NCBI GenBank assembly: GCA_016861205.1
Contig: BOKX01000001.1
Location: forward strand, 72,539 to 136,538
Direction of reading: 5' to 3'
Origin: Patescibacteria group bacterium
GTDB lineage: Bacteria > Patescibacteriota > Microgenomatia > UBA1400 > PJMF01
DNA length: 64,000 nt
The stretch's first letter is position 1, and the number at the start of each line of letters is the position of its first letter. Made by a program: the position numbers and the translations under genes. Below are positions 46,308 to 56,000 of the stretch, one piece after another. The notes beneath the pieces were generated by a model. It saw only the letters and a program-made list of their open reading frames with translations. It was not told the DNA's origin and searched no databases.

Positions 46308-48174
46308 ACAGGCCGATACTGGTGAAGTCCAGTCTCGGCTAGCTTGGTTTGTGTCATGGACGCCTCTCAGCATGCTTGTCGTCTATCTGATGGTGCGATG
46401 GAACTTGGGCGTGGATTGGTGGTTAGTTGTTAAGGTTTTGGGTTGGAGTTGGTTCTGGCTACTTGTGCCAGTTCAACTGGCGACGACCAGAGCAAAACGA
46501 GTGCCAGCTGAGCTGATAGCCTTCATGGCTGTGGTGGTGGTGGCAGCAACGGGCTATGTCGGTAATGAGCATTTAAAGCTGTTTGAGTGGGTTATTCCCG
46601 GATGTGGTGTTTTTTCTTGGTTGCTGTCTACCTATTACTGGAGATCCAGGATTGTCCGGAGTGAATGGATAACTCTGCCTTGGTTGGTGTGGCTGAGTAG
46701 CTGGTTCGCGCTCCGTGTTTGGGGTAGCGAGTACTTATCACCCTTATTTCGCGAGAACGTGGCTACGATGGCTGCCCATCCAGACACTCTTTTTCACTTA
46801 GCTATCGCCAACATGCTGAAAACATACGGGGTGGTGACAACAGGGTTGGATGGTTTGGTAGCTCTGCCCTATCACGCAGGCAGCCACTGGTTGCTGGCTG
46901 GTTGGAGCTGGTGGCTGGCTGCCCCAGTTATCGAAACCTACAATGTTTTGTATCCTGTGGTTTGGTTACCCTTGCTACTTTTAGTGAGTTGGTGGCTGAG
47001 TGTCAGGATTGCAGCCACTTGGTCAACCAATCTATCGTCAGTTACAAATTGGCTGAGTTGGTTGGTTCTAATCAGTTGGATTGGATGGGTTCAACCATGG
47101 CCGCTGAGTTGGCAGAACCATTGGCAGTTAGAAACTGTCCTAATGTTTAGTGAGTCATACACCATTGGTTTAGCTGTAACCGGTTTAATTGCCGGCTGGT
47201 GGCTGAGTAGTAGTCGAAAAGACACACATCGTTGGCCTTGGTTAGTGCTCAATCTGGGTGTGTGGCTGTTTGTGGGTTGGATCAAAATTTCATTTTTGTA
47301 CTTTGGTTTAGTACTTAGCTGGTGGTGGCTGTTTCATAGCTGGCGAACCACCAGTAAAAAACAATGGTTTATGGCTGGAGTCTTATCGGCGCTAGCGGTG
47401 GTCGTTTACCGGCTTACAAGTTTACCGGATCATGCAGTGACATGGCAGCCTGGTGCCTTCTGGGTGAGCAAATTGGCAGCCAACTGGCGATTAAGCTGGT
47501 GGCCAGTGGCTCTAGCTGACTGGCTAATAGTGTTGGGTTGGTGGTGGCAGCAGCCACAGCGCTGGCGTTTGCTAAAGACCTGGCCGGCACAAGCTTCGAC
47601 GCTCATTATTGGAGCAGGTTTGTTACCAGCTTTTTTATTACTTATGCCAGGCGGGAATGAAGTGTACTTTTTGGAAGTTCAGCGATGGTGGGCAGTTGCC
47701 CTTTTGGGAGCAGCTTGGTTCAGGCTGAAGTCCAATGGGGTTTTCTTTCGCAACAACAAGACGAAGTCACTAGGCAGGTTGGTCATTGGTGTACTGCTAG
47801 TGGCTGGTTTGACTGTTAACTATCTGTGGGCAACCAAAATTTTGGTAGTACAAGTGAGTACACGTCAGGCCCGCTATCACCAACTTTACGACGACCCACG
47901 TGCTGAGTTTCAGGAAATTATGAGGTGGTTGCAACAGGTTTCAGAGTTGTCACTGAGCCAGAAACAACAGCTGGCCCTCTCGATTTCTCCAACATCGAAG
48001 TATTGGCGCCTAAGTAGCCGATGCGATGTCGTTTCTCTAATTGCCCCAGCGTGGACTGGAGTCCAGCTGGCGGAAGGTCTCCCAAAGTCTGGTTGTTCTC
48101 GTTCGTTATTTGGTCACCGACTTTACCCAAACTACTCGAGTGTGACAGTCACTGATCGGTTGCTGAGCCCATAA
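46276..48174 (+). CDS. large polytopic Trp-rich membrane protein, putative GT-C-type glycosyltransferase/polymerase
   Basis: 632 aa with about 14 or more TM helices. It lies directly downstream of the polyprenyl-P sugar transferase and overlaps its 3' end. Confidence 0.4.
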   Translation: MGVRLTAPTAKQADTGEVQSRLAWFVSWTPLSMLVVYLMVRWNLGVDWWLVVKVLGWSWFWLLVPVQLATTRAKRVPAELIAFMAVVVVAATGYVGNEHLKLFEWVIPGCGVFSWLLSTYYWRSRIVRSEWITLPWLVWLSSWFALRVWGSEYLSPLFRENVATMAAHPDTLFHLAIANMLKTYGVVTTGLDGLVALPYHAGSHWLLAGWSWWLAAPVIETYNVLYPVVWLPLLLLVSWWLSVRIAATWSTNLSSVTNWLSWLVLISWIGWVQPWPLSWQNHWQLETVLMFSESYTIGLAVTGLIAGWWLSSSRKDTHRWPWLVLNLGVWLFVGWIKISFLYFGLVLSWWWLFHSWRTTSKKQWFMAGVLSALAVVVYRLTSLPDHAVTWQPGAFWVSKLAANWRLSWWPVALADWLIVLGWWWQQPQRWRLLKTWPAQASTLIIGAGLLPAFLLLMPGGNEVYFLEVQRWWAVALLGAAWFRLKSNGVFFRNNKTKSLGRLVIGVLLVAGLTVNYLWATKILVVQVSTRQARYHQLYDDPRAEFQEIMRWLQQVSELSLSQKQQLALSISPTSKYWRLSSRCDVVSLIAPAWTGVQLAEGLPKSGCSRSLFGHRLYPNYSSVTVTDRLLSP

Positions 48175-48224
48175 TTATAAATTTAGAACTTGCTTAAACC
48201 CAGATGATTGGGTAGGATGATTCG

Positions 48225-50213
48225 ATGCGCAGATCCTCCTACCCCATACGCATTCTAACTAGCATTTTGGCGGTTGGTCTGTGGCTGTTGCTTGCACCCC
48301 TCTCGAAGGCTTTTGCAGCTACGTACTACGTTTCACCAAGTGGTAATGACAGCAATACTGGAACAACTGAAGCACAGTCCTGGCGAACGATTCAACGGGC
48401 GGGTGATGCTGTTTCTCCTGGTGATACTGTCCTGATCGCTCCGGGAACATATAATGGCAGCTCAGGACAACAGTCAGTTTTGTACCCAAGAACTTCTGGA
48501 ACAGCCTCAGCTCCTATTACCTTTAAGTCGCTCAACAGTACCAGACCAGTGTTGTCTGGTATTAACACGGGCAAAGATGTCATCAACTTGACCGATCGCA
48601 ACTATATTGTCATTGATAATTTACAGTTACAAGATCCTTGTAGTAACTGGTGCCGATGGTTAACTTTGGAGAACGCTAATCACAATACAGTGAATAACAC
48701 TCGATTTGTGATGACACGTGCTTCCACTGGAGTTGACTGGATTGGTATCAACTTTCAGAATGCCACTTACAACAAACTAACCAACTGTCACGTTGATGGT
48801 TGGGGGGTGTACGGTGATCCCTACAACAATGGTGGAGACGCGGTTCAACTCAATGGTGCCAGTCACCATAATCTGATTGAAGGTTGTTTTATTGGTGCAG
48901 CAGGTCACGCCGGTTTGCAGCTGGACGGTGGTGATACTTACTTTAATGTAATTCGTAACAATACCTTTCAGAATCGTCTGGAGAAGGCTTTTGAAACTAC
49001 CCAGCGCCGGGCCGGTCGTTTTGAGTACAACTTGTTCGAAGGTAACACGTGTATTGATTCACGTTACAACTCTGAGTTGCACGGAGGCATGTGTTTACAC
49101 ATCAATGCCAACCGCAACATTATCCGCCGTAACGTCCTGAGAGGTGCGCTCGGTTGGGCAATTGATATGCAGGTGTGGGGCGCAGAAACCTTGAACAACA
49201 TTGGTAACCATGTTTTCCACAACACCATTGTCAACAATGGTATCGATCAGTCTGTATACCATGTTCAAGCAACCACAGGTATTGCTATTGAAGATTTTGG
49301 TTACACCGCGGCTCCGCATCGCGATCACCGAATCAAAAATAATATTATTTACGATAACAAACCCCAAACCAACTTCAGCCCACCTCGAAACGTGCAGATC
49401 TTGCTCGGCTTCGATGGAAGCCGATCTGGTGCTCCATTCAGCGGCGTCCAAGTGGCGGGTAACTTACTCCATGGTAACAGTGACACCAATGAGACCATCA
49501 CTGTTTACGGTATGGCTGAAGGTACAGCCCAGTCATACAATCAAAGCCACCCAAATAATTTCTGGGGTAACATCTCGCAAGCTCCGCAATTTGTGGCCTA
49601 CGACCAGGGCGTAGCAAACAATCCGCTTGATGGCACGTTTGATCTAAGACTGCAGGCTGGATCACCAGGCATTGATCAAGGCGTTAGTTTGACACAAACC
49701 ACTGCAGCTGGATCTGGAACGGTGGTTCCTGTGCAGGATGCTGGCTATTTCCAAGATGGCTTTGACGGCATTATTGCTCCAGATCAGATTCGCGTCGGCA
49801 ACAATTTGGTAACGATTTCAGATATTGATTATGGCAACAACCGTATCACCGTTGACCGCTCAATTTCTTGGGCTGCTGGTGATGGTGTTAACTTACCCTT
49901 TTCAGGGAATGCTCCAGATATAGGGGCCTATGAGGCTAACGGTAGTGGAGGCCCTCAAACAAGCAGTACACCGAGCCCAGTAGCTAGTGTTGTGCCTTCC
50001 CCATCGCCTTCCGCTACGCCAAACACGCAGGCCTGCCGCGCGGCCGATATTAATCAAGACAACACTGTTAATCAGACAGACCGGACCTTGCTTATTAATG
50101 ATTTCTTTAAGCGTTTGCCGGTCACACCTCGAGCTGACATTAATGCTGACGGAATTGTCGACATTACAGATTATGGTCTGCTCGTCCAGTCATACCAACA
50201 AACCTGCCAATAA
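48225..50213 (+). CDS. secreted right-handed parallel beta-helix protein with Pro/Ser linker and C-terminal dockerin module
   Basis: Signal peptide. The N-terminus resembles pectate-lyase-fold/DUF1565 proteins (YYVSPSGNDSNTGT...). The C-terminus has two Ca-binding dockerin-type repeats (DINQDNTVNQTDRTLLINDFF, ADINADGIVDITDYGLLVQSY). Confidence 0.65.
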   Translation: MRRSSYPIRILTSILAVGLWLLLAPLSKAFAATYYVSPSGNDSNTGTTEAQSWRTIQRAGDAVSPGDTVLIAPGTYNGSSGQQSVLYPRTSGTASAPITFKSLNSTRPVLSGINTGKDVINLTDRNYIVIDNLQLQDPCSNWCRWLTLENANHNTVNNTRFVMTRASTGVDWIGINFQNATYNKLTNCHVDGWGVYGDPYNNGGDAVQLNGASHHNLIEGCFIGAAGHAGLQLDGGDTYFNVIRNNTFQNRLEKAFETTQRRAGRFEYNLFEGNTCIDSRYNSELHGGMCLHINANRNIIRRNVLRGALGWAIDMQVWGAETLNNIGNHVFHNTIVNNGIDQSVYHVQATTGIAIEDFGYTAAPHRDHRIKNNIIYDNKPQTNFSPPRNVQILLGFDGSRSGAPFSGVQVAGNLLHGNSDTNETITVYGMAEGTAQSYNQSHPNNFWGNISQAPQFVAYDQGVANNPLDGTFDLRLQAGSPGIDQGVSLTQTTAAGSGTVVPVQDAGYFQDGFDGIIAPDQIRVGNNLVTISDIDYGNNRITVDRSISWAAGDGVNLPFSGNAPDIGAYEANGSGGPQTSSTPSPVASVVPSPSPSATPNTQACRAADINQDNTVNQTDRTLLINDFFKRLPVTPRADINADGIVDITDYGLLVQSYQQTCQ

Positions 50214-50233
50214 ATAACAATAGAAACCTATTT

Positions 50234-51262
50234 ATGACCGATACAAATCCTTGGCAACCTACACCTCATGTTGATTATGAACCCAACATTACAGTCGATC
50301 CCAAACCCGGCTTGAGACGTTTGTGGCCGGTGGTGGGGGTAGTAGTGGTTTCGTTAGTGGCAACAGGGATTATCAGTTTTATGCAGCTGGCGAACAAATC
50401 TGAGCCTGACGGCCAGGTAGCTGCTGCTAGCAATGCAGGGACAGCTACGTTGCAGCTGCAACCTGCCAGTCAAAGCTACACAGCTGGACAAGCAGTCTCT
50501 GTGGATATCGTGGCTAATTACGGACTGTCGACGATTGACGGAATGCAGCTCTATGCCAACTTGAGCGGAGCTGTGCCGAGTGATTTACAACTGACACTGA
50601 CCCCACCAGCAGGTTTTGAGGTGGCCAGTAAAGAAGTTGCTTTGAGTGGTTCCAGTCCCCAGTTTAAGTTTGCTTTAGTTTCTCAGAATCCGACAACTGG
50701 CGTAGCAGGTCAAAACCAACCAGTTGTGGTTGGGTCGCTGACGTTTACTGCTCCGACCAGCGGTTCACTGCAAGTTGCCTTTGATAGCAGCTTATCAAAA
50801 TTAATGCAACACAGTAGTAACACCGATATCCTGCGGACGCCAACCAATGGCCAGTTCAGCTTTGTGGCGCCGGCAGTCACCCCAACACCTGTCGCCACTC
50901 CAGTTTTACCGACCCCAACTATAATTGCCACGGCTAAGCCAACGCCAAGTATCATTCCTACTCCGGTGCCTTCCCCATCACCCAGTCCCAGCCCTTCACC
51001 GACGTCTGGAATGACAGTATTACTGGCGCGTTGGCGTGAGTGGCCATGGCGATGGAATCAGCTTAATGTGCAAGTGAAAGCCAACTTTGCACCCCCTACC
51101 ACCATTGAGGTAGTTGGTTTTGGCAAGTTATCGTACAACAAACGAACGAAGATATATCAGAAGGTTTTCTACACCAATCAAAAGCCGACACAGATTGTGA
51201 TCAAGGCAAGTAATGGTGATCAGATTACTGTCCCAGTCGAGATTATTAAGTTTGGCAAATAG
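50234..51262 (+). CDS. N-terminally membrane-anchored protein with cohesin-like beta-sandwich domain and Pro/Thr/Ser linker
   Basis: TM anchor at residues 28-50; the domain QAVSVDIVANYGLSTIDGMQLYANLSGAVP resembles a cohesin; TPTPVATPVLPTPT...SPSPSPSPSP linker. Confidence 0.4.
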   Translation: MTDTNPWQPTPHVDYEPNITVDPKPGLRRLWPVVGVVVVSLVATGIISFMQLANKSEPDGQVAAASNAGTATLQLQPASQSYTAGQAVSVDIVANYGLSTIDGMQLYANLSGAVPSDLQLTLTPPAGFEVASKEVALSGSSPQFKFALVSQNPTTGVAGQNQPVVVGSLTFTAPTSGSLQVAFDSSLSKLMQHSSNTDILRTPTNGQFSFVAPAVTPTPVATPVLPTPTIIATAKPTPSIIPTPVPSPSPSPSPSPTSGMTVLLARWREWPWRWNQLNVQVKANFAPPTTIEVVGFGKLSYNKRTKIYQKVFYTNQKPTQIVIKASNGDQITVPVEIIKFGK

Positions 51263-51285
51263 TTGAAATTGCCTGCTCAAAGTCT

Positions 51286-52530
51286 ATGGTTTCACGGATC
51301 AGTGCCGAAGGCGAGTCATGTTTTCATCAAAGTACTGTTGGCACGGTGCTTCTCGAACTTGGTTTGGCTGGTCAGTTCCCAAATTGGTTGAATGTTCCAC
51401 TAGTTCTTGAGTCAGTTGATCATGGTGACAGAACTGAGTATGTGGCAACAGTTCTCAGAACACTTGACTCAAAGAGTTTGTATGACTTTTTAAGGGCGAC
51501 GACCAACAACCGTTTTGACCCGGGAGTGGTCGATGTACGCTCAGATTGGGAAATGCCAGATAGAGCTCATGGTCGCCCTGGCTCAGGAGTTGAGTACTTC
51601 CGAAGACTGCTTCACCTTCACGAGGCAATGGGGACAAGTTGGTTGGCTTTCGAGACTGTTCGGCGTGAGTTTATTACCGCTATCGAGCCACCACTTGAGA
51701 CACAAATTCGAACTACCTTGCCCTGCCCGTTTTTGATTGAGCCACAAATAGCAGCTGATTTGAAGAGCAAGTTATATCGACATGGTAAGGCAACCAACCA
51801 ACTATTTGCAGAGTTACTTCGCGAAACTACTCGAGCTAATCTTCAGGTGATCTTAGCGAATTCTCGAGTTCAACATGAATTGTTGCCACATGAACGAAAA
51901 ATGGATGCAACCGAGTTGCAGCGGCAAATTCTGGGTAGGATTCGCCACTCACAATGGTACAGCCAGCGTTTTTTTGACTCAGAACTTTGGTCGGCGTTGT
52001 TACGGCGCTATCGGGAGCAGTTTTTCGAAGCTACTGAGGTTCAACTGTTGACCGGTGAGAAGGTGACAGCGTATCAGATGCGAGCTCAAGATAGTAGCAA
52101 CCTTAATCTCAGACTTCATCAAAATGGTCGGTGGTATGACTTGGTTCTCGAGCATGATCGCTTGCTCTACCGGACAAACCAAGATGGTGCAACGGTAAGT
52201 TTGGTGCCTAGTATTCACTGGACTAAAGTTGAAAGTTCAGTGGCCCGTCACACGCGAGAGCTACATGTGAGTAGCTTGCTGGGAAAAAGCGCAGAGACTG
52301 TGGCTGGCGTGAGCATCAATCGCAACTCACTGATGGGTATCTTATTGGTCGCTTTATTTTCTCCTGAGGAACGCCAATTGTGGCCTACCAAAATGGGTTT
52401 GCCAGGTGGTAACTATGAGCAAGCAATTGGACCAGGACAAGCTCCTGTTATGGCTCACCTTCGTGCTACACAACTCAGTGAATCGGCTATCTTGCCGGCC
52501 ATGGAAGCTTTGCTATCACAGGAAGGTTAG
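51286..52530 (+). CDS. hypothetical protein
   Basis: 414 aa with no motif; last gene of the plus-strand block. Confidence 0.35.
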   Translation: MVSRISAEGESCFHQSTVGTVLLELGLAGQFPNWLNVPLVLESVDHGDRTEYVATVLRTLDSKSLYDFLRATTNNRFDPGVVDVRSDWEMPDRAHGRPGSGVEYFRRLLHLHEAMGTSWLAFETVRREFITAIEPPLETQIRTTLPCPFLIEPQIAADLKSKLYRHGKATNQLFAELLRETTRANLQVILANSRVQHELLPHERKMDATELQRQILGRIRHSQWYSQRFFDSELWSALLRRYREQFFEATEVQLLTGEKVTAYQMRAQDSSNLNLRLHQNGRWYDLVLEHDRLLYRTNQDGATVSLVPSIHWTKVESSVARHTRELHVSSLLGKSAETVAGVSINRNSLMGILLVALFSPEERQLWPTKMGLPGGNYEQAIGPGQAPVMAHLRATQLSESAILPAMEALLSQEG

Positions 52531-53054
52531 TTTTCAGTTGCAGCAGGCGAAGCTGAAGGAATGGGGCTCTCTTCAGTCGTGTCAGCCCGATTGTTACCCT
52601 CGGTAGCCGGTTCAGCCGTCCCATTTTCGTTATCAAGGACTAATGGACCAGAATTGACAATGATATTTCGCTCAGGACTGTAGACAAAAGCTTTTTGTGC
52701 CTGTGGATAGATAACGAGTTTGTCACCGTTCTGGGCTTGGGCATAAAAGGCTGATTGAGTGGCTAAAAAGGCAGAATCAATGATTGTAGCAACCACTGGC
52801 TCTTCTTCTGGAAGCAACACCAATTTGCCTAGCCGTTGCACAACGGCTTGAATTTCACGCTTAGCCAGTTCCTCTTGGGCACCAGGCTGGGTTAACTGCC
52901 TAAGTTGCTGACGAGTTTGGTAGTACATGAACCCAGTTGCAGCTAAGCCTCCAAGTAAAAGCAGAATCAAGAAAGCCAAAAAGATAGTAAACTTACCACC
53001 TTTTTTCTTGGTTTTTGGACTTACTGTGGGAGTTGATTCGGTTTGTTCATTCAT
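52527..53054 (-). CDS. membrane-anchored hypothetical protein
   Basis: Basic N-terminus, single TM (FTIFLAFLILLLLGGLAATGF), Ser/Thr/Pro-rich C-terminus. Confidence 0.4.
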   Translation of the reverse strand: MNEQTESTPTVSPKTKKKGGKFTIFLAFLILLLLGGLAATGFMYYQTRQQLRQLTQPGAQEELAKREIQAVVQRLGKLVLLPEEEPVVATIIDSAFLATQSAFYAQAQNGDKLVIYPQAQKAFVYSPERNIIVNSGPLVLDNENGTAEPATEGNNRADTTEESPIPSASPAATEN

Positions 53055-53093
53055 ACAGTGCAGCTGCTATTGTGCAACGTCTCGGCAAGATCG

Positions 53094-56000
53094 TCAAGGT
53101 TCAAGCGGAATGCTTTCGGTGGTGCTTGGGGTTGGGGTAGGTACAGGGCTTACTTCCTGGCTTGGGGTTGGGGTAGGAGTTGGATCGATGGTTGGGCTCG
53201 GTGTCGGGCTGCTGGTAGGTGCCAGGCTAGCACTTGGGTTGGGTGTGGGCGAAGTTACTGAGGTTTCTAACTCAATCGAGCTACCCGCTACCGATTCAAC
53301 GACTCGTGGATCAGTAACTGCCACCGCCACCCAGTTAATCGTAACGTCCTCAGTGAGTGGCTCAGCTATTTGGATAGTGAAACTGTCTTGGGTGGTTTGG
53401 GTGACTCGCAGGCCAGAAACAGCTTTTTGGGCTGTTACCGTGACGACTGGTGGGGTGATAAAGCTGTGTTCGAAGGGCACCGTTACAGTCGTAGCACCGG
53501 CCTTAATTACTGCATAACCAGCTGCGTCTTTATCACTTAGATAGAGACGGCCACGGACGGTGACATCAGCCAAAAACTCAGCTGGCTTCTCAAAAATGGT
53601 TTTGCCAATGATGGTCAATACATCGCTGCCCCAGGTCATGAATGGATTGAGCTCTGCCCGGGCCACCCACTCTGCGTTATCGAGAGCTAATTCATGAGTT
53701 GATTGGTCAGCATAGAAATCGGTTAAGTCTTCACCGTTGGTGAGGTTTTTAATACGAACTAACTTTTCACCAGAAAGTTTTTCTACCACGCGCAGCGCTT
53801 TGGTCATGTCAGCATTGATGGCTAAGCCGTTGCGCTCTGAGTAAAAAGCCCAGGCAAGATCTTCACTGCGCTGGTTATCGAGCAGACTAAAGTTGTGCGG
53901 TGAGAGGGTGGTGACGTTCCCCGCTTCGTCCCGGACTTGGAGCTCGTGACTACCGGCGACATCCACTGCAAACAGTTGAATACCATCAGTGATACTAGTA
54001 GTAGGTGCTGTTGAGCTAGCAATGGCGAAGACTCTACTGGCATTAGTTCCAAATGCGAGTGTCGGTAAGAGCCCGACATTCTGAGCGCTATCAATCCGCA
54101 AAGCGGTGACGGTATTGGTGGCAAAGCCCATTGAGTCAGTATCGTGGTGGTAGGCGATCACGCCCATATCCTCACTATCTTCGTCTGAGAAGCTCAACAA
54201 TTGGTGGGCAGTATTATTGCTAACCCACTTCAAACGGTTAGTATCGAAGTGTTCCAGGACCAACGTATCGTTGCCGTCCAGGGTGTAGGCCCGATTCGTG
54301 GCGGTCCGGCGAATGTGGGTAAAGCCCTCAGGGTTGGAAGTGTTGATACCAATGCGCCCGCTTTCCCGCAGTACAAACCGTGTTGTACCTGAGGATGACG
54401 CAGTCAAAATATCATTGGTTCCAGTCTCATTGAGTACAGCCAATGCTTTGCCGGTCTGAGTCCCTGTTAGTTGTAGTCGATGGATGGGAGATGTGGTTCC
54501 CATGCCGATGTTTCCTCGATCTTGGACATATAGGCCTGAGTTGCCACCTGAGTCAGTAATATTCAGTGCTCCACCCGTGGTAGTGCCATTGCCACTCACC
54601 TGTAACCGAGCGCCAGGGACGTATGTTCCAATCCCGATATTACCAGCATTGTTGGGATTGAATAGGATGTCATACCCACTGCCGCCAGCGGCAGTCCGAC
54701 CGCCCAAAATATAGCCGTACTCACCTATCGCCTGACCACTGATGCGGATTCCACCAGAGTTATAGCCAAGGCCGGTGTCGACACCCAAGTTTTGTGACAA
54801 ATAGACCCGCGATACAAAATCCCACCGCACATCGATGGTGCCAGCACTGTGTCGAACGTGGCCGTCATTGTTGGGACCAACGTGAAGGGAGGCTTGAGGG
54901 CTGGTTTCGCCGATACCCAAGCGACCAGTCCCGGTGAAGGTGAACAGGTCACTGCTTCCGTAGAGTCTTAAATCATCACCTGTGTTGTTGTACCACTGGA
55001 AGTTGGTGCCTGAACCATCGCGAGAGTCCATCTGCACACCTCCATTTGCACCAGTGACACGGAGCAGCTCGGCCACCCGAGCAGTACCATTAACATCCAG
55101 TTTGTAACTGGTGGAGGTAGTTCCAACTCCCACGTTGCCACCGCTTGGGTTAAGAAGAATTGGTGTGTATTGATTATTATCGCCGCTCTGAATGATAGCG
55201 GCTGTGTTATTGCCAGTGTTCTTATTGAGGATGAGATACCCTCCGTGCGTAGTGTAACTGGTGCCCTTCAAAGCCAGAGCGGCGCCGTTATCGATATTGT
55301 CGGCTGTAGCCAATATATCGAGCATAAACCCTGGAGTACCAAGACCCAGGCCCATGCGGCCGCTATTGGCTAGGACCAGTTTGGTGGTGCCGCTGGCGCT
55401 GGCGGTGAGAATATCACCGGCATTCGTTTGATTGATAATAGCCGCAGCATTGGAGCCATATTTTCCATCTACATGCAAAGCAGCGGTAGGAGCAGAGTTA
55501 TTGATACCCATTAAACCTGAAGCCCCAATATCTAACCAAGCAGTTACGATGTTGTTGGAATTATCTTGAATGGTGAGTGGTGTACCTGCAAAGTTTTCGC
55601 GATCAAAAATAGCCCATTTTTGAACGTTAGCTGCCTTAAATGTAATTCCGTTTCCTGCCCCAGCGCCACCATCCATATACAGCCCGGTCCCCGTATTATT
55701 GCTTTTCACATAGATATCAGCAACAGAGGCGTCCCAGATGTAGATATCCGAAGTTGGAGCAGTGGTACCAATACCTAGCTGGCCGGAGTTGGAAAGCACC
55801 ATTTTGGTGGTACCACTGGCGCTAGCACTTAAAATATTCCCGCTCAAAGTCTGGTTAATTGTCAAAGCATCATTAGCACCGTAGCCGCCGTTGATGTGGA
55901 GGAGAGCGGTGGGTGTGGTGGTGCCGATGCCAACTAAGCCACTGGCATTAATTAATAATTGTGTTGTAGAACTTGTTCTCAATGCTAATGAGGTGTTTTC

